This document shows, piece by piece, positions 25,895 to 32,000 of a stretch of DNA of 32,000 bases (the stretch's first letter is position 1; every line of letters starts with the position of its first letter). A program made the position numbers and the translations under genes. Origin of the DNA: Trichodesmium erythraeum IMS101 (lineage in GTDB: Bacteria > Cyanobacteriota > Cyanobacteriia > Cyanobacteriales > Microcoleaceae); contig NC_008312.1 of assembly GCF_000014265.1 (NCBI RefSeq), positions 1,140,001-1,172,000 of the forward strand, in the 5' to 3' direction. The notes under the pieces are model-generated. The model made no database searches. It saw only the letters and a program-made list of their open reading frames with translations, and was not told where the DNA came from.

Positions 25895-27805
25895 TTATTT
25901 GACTAACTCTTTAACCTTACTCATAATACCTTCAGGGCCAATTCCTTGATGAGGAAACTGTTCCCAGAGACCGCCACAACCTTCTTTGTGAGTAGCAATA
26001 TAAGCAAACTTAGGACTCATACCACGTTCTAATAACCAAGAACCGAAACGACTGCCCAAACCAGTACGCCTATTGAAAGCTTCAACTACCAATACAAAAG
26101 GAGCCGTACCTACCTTTCTCAACATCTCCTCGTCAATTACATTGAGAGTCGGTTTATTAATCAAGCCAACATCTATTCCTTCGAGCCTCAGACGTTCTAA
26201 TGCATCAAGAGAACGATATAACGCATCACCGAAACTAACAATATAACCAGCAGTACCTTCCCGAATCACCTCATCTTTTCCAGGAATAAACTTGTAATCT
26301 TCGCCAAAAAAGTCTTTACCATTGCTGTCAAGCAGAATTGGTACTTTCGAGCGAGTAGAAAAAATAAACCGCATTCCAGATTGAGTAAACACTGCCTCAA
26401 CGCAAGCTTTCATTTGATTAGCATCTGCTGGGAAGTAGAGGCGAGTTTCATAAGCATCATCAAGGCCATTGTCAGCAAACATATTGTTTAAACCGAAATG
26501 ACAAGTATTATCTGCCATATCATCTATACCAGCATGGGAGAAATGGCATAAAATATTAGATTTATTTAAGCGCGCCATTGTAATTTCCGAGATGCACATT
26601 TCTAGGAAAGCGCTGAAAGTTCCAAAAATACCTTGCTTACCTGGTTCCATACCAAATCCCGCAGCAGCAGAAAAGTTGCCTCGTTCCATAATACCGCCAC
26701 TAACAAACCGATCCGGGAAAGCTGTACGAATTTGTTTTAGTCCGCAGGAACCTTCTAAGTCACTATCAATAAACAAGTGGTTGCTACGTTCTGTTTCACT
26801 CATACCACTAACAATAGATACCACAGTATCCCCAAAGACATTGCGGTTGGAACCAAGTTTGTCACTTACCCCCAAATAAGTGTAGCTTTGTAATGGTTTT
26901 TCAATACTTTCAAGATACTTAACTGCTTCAGTTATTCCTCTATCTTTTAAGTACCCGATCGCTAATTTTAAAGGAATTACGTCATGTCCGTGGATAGAAC
27001 CTTCTAAACCTTCTATTCCTACACACATTTTCCGCTTATTGACTATAGCGATCGGACCGGCTGTCGTAACTGCTTGACACATTCTTTGGTAAAGACTATC
27101 TAAATCTTCTCCATCTCCTTCAAGTACTTTTATACCGTGACCTGTGAGAGTTTTATTGAGGTCATAACCTTTTAAATAGTTGGAAGGATGACCCGCAATA
27201 GTCACATCATTATCATCAATGAGTAATTTAATATTAAGATTTTGTGCTACTGCCATTCTCGCCGCTTCAGCATCATTACCCTCTTGTTGAGAACCATCAG
27301 AACCAAGGCAAAATACTGCTTTATTAGGATTTGCCATTGCCACACCATTGATGTAAGGCCACATATGTCCCAATCTTCCGGAACTAAATTTTACTCCTGG
27401 AGTAAGTCCTAGTTCTGGATGTCCTGGTAGATGGGAATTAGCTGCCCGATAATTTACAAGATTTTCAACGGGAAGGTCTCCTTGTATAGCCGCCATTAGG
27501 TATTGGGTAGCTACACGGTGTCCAGCCTCATCAAAGAAAATAGGTACAAACTTTTCTGCTGCACCTCGGAAAAAAGCATCTAGAATCATGACTTCCGGCA
27601 CTGTATCATAAGGGCCACCGGTATGACCTCCTACTCCTCTAGCAGCGCCAGTGGCAGTGAAAAATACGATCATATCACGACAAAGTTGAATATTTGCTTT
27701 GAGGGTTTGTCGTTGTTCATCTGTAAGGATGGAATTTGTGGGGTCCAAAGAAAGAGGTTTGTAGCTTTCTATGTTAATTGGAAATGTTGCTCTAGCAGTT
27801 GTCAT
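25895..27805 (-). CDS. Transketolase-family thiamine-diphosphate enzyme (divergent single-chain form)
   Basis: 636 aa. The TPP-binding block is GSDGSQQEGNDAEAARMAVAQNLNIKLLIDDNDVTIAG. The N-terminal GVGGHTGGPYD replaces the canonical TktA SGHPG motif. The pyrimidine-binding and C-terminal domains are fused (GGIMERGNFSAAAGFG...). Confidence 0.82.
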   Translation of the reverse strand: MTTARATFPINIESYKPLSLDPTNSILTDEQRQTLKANIQLCRDMIVFFTATGAARGVGGHTGGPYDTVPEVMILDAFFRGAAEKFVPIFFDEAGHRVATQYLMAAIQGDLPVENLVNYRAANSHLPGHPELGLTPGVKFSSGRLGHMWPYINGVAMANPNKAVFCLGSDGSQQEGNDAEAARMAVAQNLNIKLLIDDNDVTIAGHPSNYLKGYDLNKTLTGHGIKVLEGDGEDLDSLYQRMCQAVTTAGPIAIVNKRKMCVGIEGLEGSIHGHDVIPLKLAIGYLKDRGITEAVKYLESIEKPLQSYTYLGVSDKLGSNRNVFGDTVVSIVSGMSETERSNHLFIDSDLEGSCGLKQIRTAFPDRFVSGGIMERGNFSAAAGFGMEPGKQGIFGTFSAFLEMCISEITMARLNKSNILCHFSHAGIDDMADNTCHFGLNNMFADNGLDDAYETRLYFPADANQMKACVEAVFTQSGMRFIFSTRSKVPILLDSNGKDFFGEDYKFIPGKDEVIREGTAGYIVSFGDALYRSLDALERLRLEGIDVGLINKPTLNVIDEEMLRKVGTAPFVLVVEAFNRRTGLGSRFGSWLLERGMSPKFAYIATHKEGCGGLWEQFPHQGIGPEGIMSKVKELVK

Positions 27806-28840
27806 AGTTAATAAGAGGAAAGTACCTATAATTTATTTTCCCATCATTTATTCCATACCTTTAACAAGGCAGAAAATTTTTAGGGCTAGTTACTGAAGTA
27901 AAAAAATTGTACAAAAGTTGGGATAATTCTACATTCTTTTTTAGAATATGAGATTGAAGCAAAATTTTTTGTATTTCATATAACTATAGAAGTTAAAGAA
28001 CTAGGCATAGTTCTACATAGTTAAATATTGATTGTGCTACTATTTCTAATCTGTTAAATATAAATATGTGGGTATAAATAGTAAACGATACTCAATAGAA
28101 ATCTGATTTCTCTGTTCTACTAATATCCAGTATGTGACAACTATTATTGGCGATCGCTCTTCTATCAATCTCATCTTATGAAGTGGATAAGAGAATAGCT
28201 TAATAATATTAATTCCTAAAAATAATGGGATACTTCTTCAAGAGTTTAGTTATTAACTGTACTAAGCTCATGCATATCAAATCATACCCCTACTAGAGAC
28301 AGTAGTTCTGCGTAACTCCTGATTCAGTAATAAGTAAGTAAGACAAGTAAGAGAAATGTTTTTAATGAATGATTATAGGCAAAGTGGGAGGATATCTTGT
28401 ATCTTATTAAGTATTATTTTTCCACTAAGCTTGTGTAAATTTATTTATACATGACTACAGGACTTGTGAAACTAGCTTCCTGTTTCATCTCATAACATTG
28501 ACCTTAGTCTATAAATGTTTGTGTAATATTGATTTGATTTCAATTAGTGATTTATCTCTTTATCAGAAATTGAACATATATTCCTGATAATGACAAATAA
28601 TATATAATTGTATCAATCTTTGTCAAATTATTTGAATTTAAGTAGATCTGTGTTTAAATTTGTCGCTATATAACAAAGTGTAAATTGACCTCAAATAATC
28701 TGTGTGGAAAAGCTTAGAGTCAGTACACAAATCTTAATATAGCTAAGTTTTTTTTACACCTACCTATTTAGTAGTTAGATCTACTCCCTACTTTCAAGAA
28801 TATTTAGCAAGACTTTGGCAAATGATTAAAGATGTTGCTC

Positions 28841-29767
28841 TCAAACCTGAATAGATTTTGGTGGAGTTTTCAAAGTATATATCTGAGTTTCTGTAGCGAT
28901 CGCCTGTCGTAAATTCAAAGGTATTTGCAACATACCCAATAAAGAAACACCATCCATAAACTTAAAACCGCCTGTAGTTTTTTCTGCCAATAAACGGTCT
29001 ACTTTTTCTGGGTTTGGTGTAGAAGAAAATTTTTGCTCAGAACAAACAACAAACCCTAATGGACATCCATAACTCGTAGAATAAGGTATCAGGGAATAAA
29101 CACAATTAAATACACTTTGTAAAGTTTTAACTACACGAGCATGAAGATACATCTCAGCAGGAGAAATTGAACCCCCTTGTATTATAAACGAGCCTAAAGC
29201 CGACAAAACTTGGGAAATTTTTTGAAAGTATTCCTGAGTAAATAAAGGAAAAGAAAGACCATGTTCAATAGGATCTGTCAGGTCAGAAATAATTACATCC
29301 CAAGTTTCATTAGAAGAGTCTAAAAAATTCTGAGCATCATCGATGATTAACTCTACACGGGGGTCTTCAAAAGAATTTTGGTGCATTTCAGGCAAATACT
29401 TTTTGCAAGCTTCTACAACCTTCTCATCTATGTCAACCATAACTACTTGCTCAACTGTTTTCCAGCGTAATACTTCTCGTATTGTTGCTCCTTCTGCTCC
29501 TCCAAATACTAAGACTTTTCGTGGAGACCCATGACAAATCATAGCTGGATGTACCAAGCCTTCATGGTAGAGAAATTCATCTGCAGTGCAAGACTGCCAC
29601 TTACCATCTAATATTAAAGCTTTACCATAAACACCCTTGACAATATAAATTTCCTGATATTTTGTTTTTTGATAAACAAGCACCTGGTCAATACCATGTT
29701 TATAAATGTCCCAGGGTGTAATTTGCTCAGTGAAATACAAATCTGTATTAATATTAGTACCTGCCAT
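28841..29767 (-). CDS. speE: Polyamine aminopropyltransferase (spermidine synthase family)
   Basis: YQEIYIV....GKALILDG..Q....DEFLYHEGLVHPA, VLVFGGAEGATIREVL, VMVDIDEKVVE and VIISDLTDP are the spermidine synthase signatures. Confidence 0.88.
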   Translation of the reverse strand: MAGTNINTDLYFTEQITPWDIYKHGIDQVLVYQKTKYQEIYIVKGVYGKALILDGKWQSCTADEFLYHEGLVHPAMICHGSPRKVLVFGGAEGATIREVLRWKTVEQVVMVDIDEKVVEACKKYLPEMHQNSFEDPRVELIIDDAQNFLDSSNETWDVIISDLTDPIEHGLSFPLFTQEYFQKISQVLSALGSFIIQGGSISPAEMYLHARVVKTLQSVFNCVYSLIPYSTSYGCPLGFVVCSEQKFSSTPNPEKVDRLLAEKTTGGFKFMDGVSLLGMLQIPLNLRQAIATETQIYTLKTPPKSIQV

Positions 29768-30382
29768 TGATTATTTGTCTCCAGATAATTTACTGAAAGG
29801 GAGTAGGGAAAATGAGTCAAAAAATAGGGAACCAGAAAAATATTTATTCCATCAATTATACCAAACTAATTTAGATAAATTATAATACAATACAATTCAG
29901 TTAAATATTTTTTTAGCAGTTTTATAATTCTGAAAAGCCCTTAACCATGGTTTTATACCTTATAATTTTTAGTCTTATCTGAAAGGAATAGCAAATATAG
30001 ACTAGAGAAAATGGCTTGGAGGGGAACAAGCAAAAAAAATATTTACCCCATTAATAATACACAATTAATTCTGATTATAGCGTTTCTGAAATGACTGGGA
30101 TTAGAGTTGTTGTTCTTCTTTTTTATTCCCATCGAACCAAAATTACAACTATGTCAAGACTTTTCATGGAACCCTTCTAACTATTCCCTGTCGGGAATTA
30201 AAAATAATAGTACTAGATAAAACGCCTCAAATTTAGACTAGTCTTAGCTTTAACCTCAAAATTTTCTAAGTTCTAAATCAGCATAGGTTCTAGTCATTGT
30301 TACAGCATCAACATAATTCCCTTGTCTAGGCTAATTTTAACTAATTTTTTCTACCAGAAAATGTTAAGTACTACTACTCCTA

Positions 30383-31918
30383 TTAGCAAAAGTTATATTT
30401 TTTTAGCGCAGGTATTAAATATTGAGTTAAAGTAAAAGCATCTACTCCTAACTCTGTTCGTTCTTTTACTGCTAATATTGCTGCTTGAGCATGCCACCAA
30501 ACTGCTGTTTTTACAGCATTGAATGGTAGAGTTTGAGTTGAATTAATAGCTAATAAACCTCCAACTAATCCTGTAAGTACATCTCCACTTCCCCCTCTAG
30601 CTAATGCGGGAGTGCTTTCTGGATTTATTAATATTTTTTGGCTATTAGCAATAATTGTTTTTGCCCCTTTTAAAACTATTATAACGTTACTATTTTTAGT
30701 AGCTTTTTCAGCAGCTAATATCCGATTATTCAGTTGATCTACTAGATGAGGAAATAGACGTTTAAACTCTCCTGGGTGGGGAGTAATAATTGTTGGTGCT
30801 TGACGTTGACTTACTAAAGAATTATTTGCTAAATTTCCACAAATATTTAAAGCATCAGCATCTAAAACTAGAGGACAATTTACAGATAATACTTTTTCTA
30901 TTATAGATGTAGGTTCTATAGTTAAACCAGGTCCACAAGCAATAGCTTCAAATTTACTTAAATCTATATCTTCTGGTAATTGTTTTATTGTTCCAGTTTC
31001 TGTTTCAGGGCAACCAATAATTAGTGCTTCTGGTAAATGACTATTTAGTATAGGTTTAATTGATTTTGGTACAGCAATTGATAACATTCCTACACCTGTT
31101 ACTCTAGAACCTAATCCTGTTAAAACTGCCGCGCCACTATAACGATGGGAGCCTACAATTAATAATAAATTACCGTTTGTATATTTATAGGTTGCTGGGG
31201 GACGAGGTAGAGGTAAATTTTCCAGAGCAGATGTTTTTGTAATTCTCTCAATTGTTGGAAATTCTCCTAAAACTTCTGTAATATCTGCTAGGGGAATATC
31301 AAAGTCAATTAATTCAGATTTACCAAAATATTTTAGAGCTTTGTCTTGTAAAAATGCCTGTTTCCACAGACCCAAACAAAATGTGTAGGTAGCACAAATA
31401 CTTGTTCCTAAAACTTCTCCTGTATCTGTATGTATTCCCGAAGGTAAGTCAATACTAAATACCTGTTTTTGCCAACTATTAATTTGACTGATACTTTCAG
31501 CTAAATCTCCAGATATTTCCCGTTCTAAACCAAAACCAAATAAACCATCTATGAGCAAAGCACAATTTTTGAGCAGGGAAATATTTTTGACAAAATTAAC
31601 TCCTAAATATTGGAGATATTTGGCATGAGCATTTGTTAGTTCTTTCAGGTTTACAAAAGGGCAGTAAACTATTATTTCATAACCTTGAAAATATAATTCT
31701 CTGGCTATGACCAAAGCATCTCCACCATTATGACCAGGACCTACTAATACACCTATTTTACTAATATTAGAATTTAATAATTCTGAGATTTTTCGTGTTA
31801 CTAATCCTGCAACCTTTTCCATTAATGCTGCTACAGGCATTCCCGCAATAAATATACGTTCCTCTATTTGTCGCATTTGTGCAGCAGTAACTATAAATTT
31901 TTCTTTGATATTGTTCAT
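30383..31918 (-). CDS. nnr: Bifunctional NAD(P)H-hydrate repair enzyme (epimerase + ADP-dependent dehydratase)
   Basis: N-terminal YjeF_N motif VLVGPGHNGGDALVIAREL and C-terminal carbohydrate-kinase motif ARGGSGDVLTGLVGGL. The track start at 31945 is TTG; the ATG at 31918 (MNNIKEK) is more likely. Confidence 0.9.
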   Translation of the reverse strand: MNNIKEKFIVTAAQMRQIEERIFIAGMPVAALMEKVAGLVTRKISELLNSNISKIGVLVGPGHNGGDALVIARELYFQGYEIIVYCPFVNLKELTNAHAKYLQYLGVNFVKNISLLKNCALLIDGLFGFGLEREISGDLAESISQINSWQKQVFSIDLPSGIHTDTGEVLGTSICATYTFCLGLWKQAFLQDKALKYFGKSELIDFDIPLADITEVLGEFPTIERITKTSALENLPLPRPPATYKYTNGNLLLIVGSHRYSGAAVLTGLGSRVTGVGMLSIAVPKSIKPILNSHLPEALIIGCPETETGTIKQLPEDIDLSKFEAIACGPGLTIEPTSIIEKVLSVNCPLVLDADALNICGNLANNSLVSQRQAPTIITPHPGEFKRLFPHLVDQLNNRILAAEKATKNSNVIIVLKGAKTIIANSQKILINPESTPALARGGSGDVLTGLVGGLLAINSTQTLPFNAVKTAVWWHAQAAILAVKERTELGVDAFTLTQYLIPALKKYNFC

Positions 31919-32000
31919 TTTTCCGAATTTTATACCAAATATCAAAAGTATTTTTAGGGAGTAAGTAGAGGTGTTATATGCAACCTAACTACTGAGCAGG

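Noticed and set aside
26592-26879. 95-aa plus-strand ORF, together with 27623-27811
   Set aside because: Both are antisense within the transketolase-family CDS: shadow ORFs.
29343-29820. ORFs 29343-29534 (+) and 29614-29820 (-)
   Set aside because: The first is antisense to speE. The second overlaps the speE 5' end out of frame. Neither has a recognisable motif.

Overview
This is an AT-rich chromosomal segment (roughly one-third G+C by eye), almost certainly from a filamentous cyanobacterium. The evidence is at least 12 perfect HIP1 octamers (GCGATCGC) and several STRR-like heptamer arrays. By my sum of the CDS calls below, only about two-thirds of the window is coding. The rest is long ORF-free AT-rich spacer plus gene remnants.

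Content from left to right:
(i) A tightly packed minus-strand cassette: small ORF -> HEPN-like protein -> KGGVGR-variant ParA/MinD-fold ATPase. The ATPase runs off the left edge and is absent from the supplied ORF track.
(ii) Single genes: a Tat-lipoprotein NMT1/THI5-like solute-binding protein, TerD, and RsmA/KsgA.
(iii) A NACHT (STAND) NTPase with an internal hydrophobic/TM segment, then an SH3b membrane protein, then a decayed stretch. The decayed stretch holds an IS4-family transposase tail and a multiply frameshifted fragment of a giant kinase/ATPase/TPR-type sensor protein.
(iv) hrcA and a single-domain rhodanese.
(v) A complete ~10.4-kb Pix/Ptx (tax1-like) phototaxis cluster on the minus strand: PatA-type RR, CheY-like RR, CheW, a soluble five-GAF cyanobacteriochrome-type MCP, and a CheA-REC hybrid kinase.
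(vi) A decayed head-to-tail copy of the 5' end of the PatA-type gene, abutting a frameshifted, 5'-truncated PHP-phosphoesterase pseudogene.
(vii) A divergent transketolase-family enzyme, spermidine synthase and Nnr.

I recognised no rRNA, tRNA or CRISPR array.

The best candidate for an undescribed system is the translationally coupled HEPN-like/KGGVGR-ATPase cassette at 1-1853, which is incomplete at the window edge. Secondary leads are the TM-containing NACHT NTPase, the unusual Cys pattern across the five GAF domains of the MCP, the self-duplication upstream of the PatA-type gene, and a panhandle-flanked 33-codon hydrophobic mini-ORF at 4152-4399. All functional calls rest on motif recognition by eye; no database search was run.
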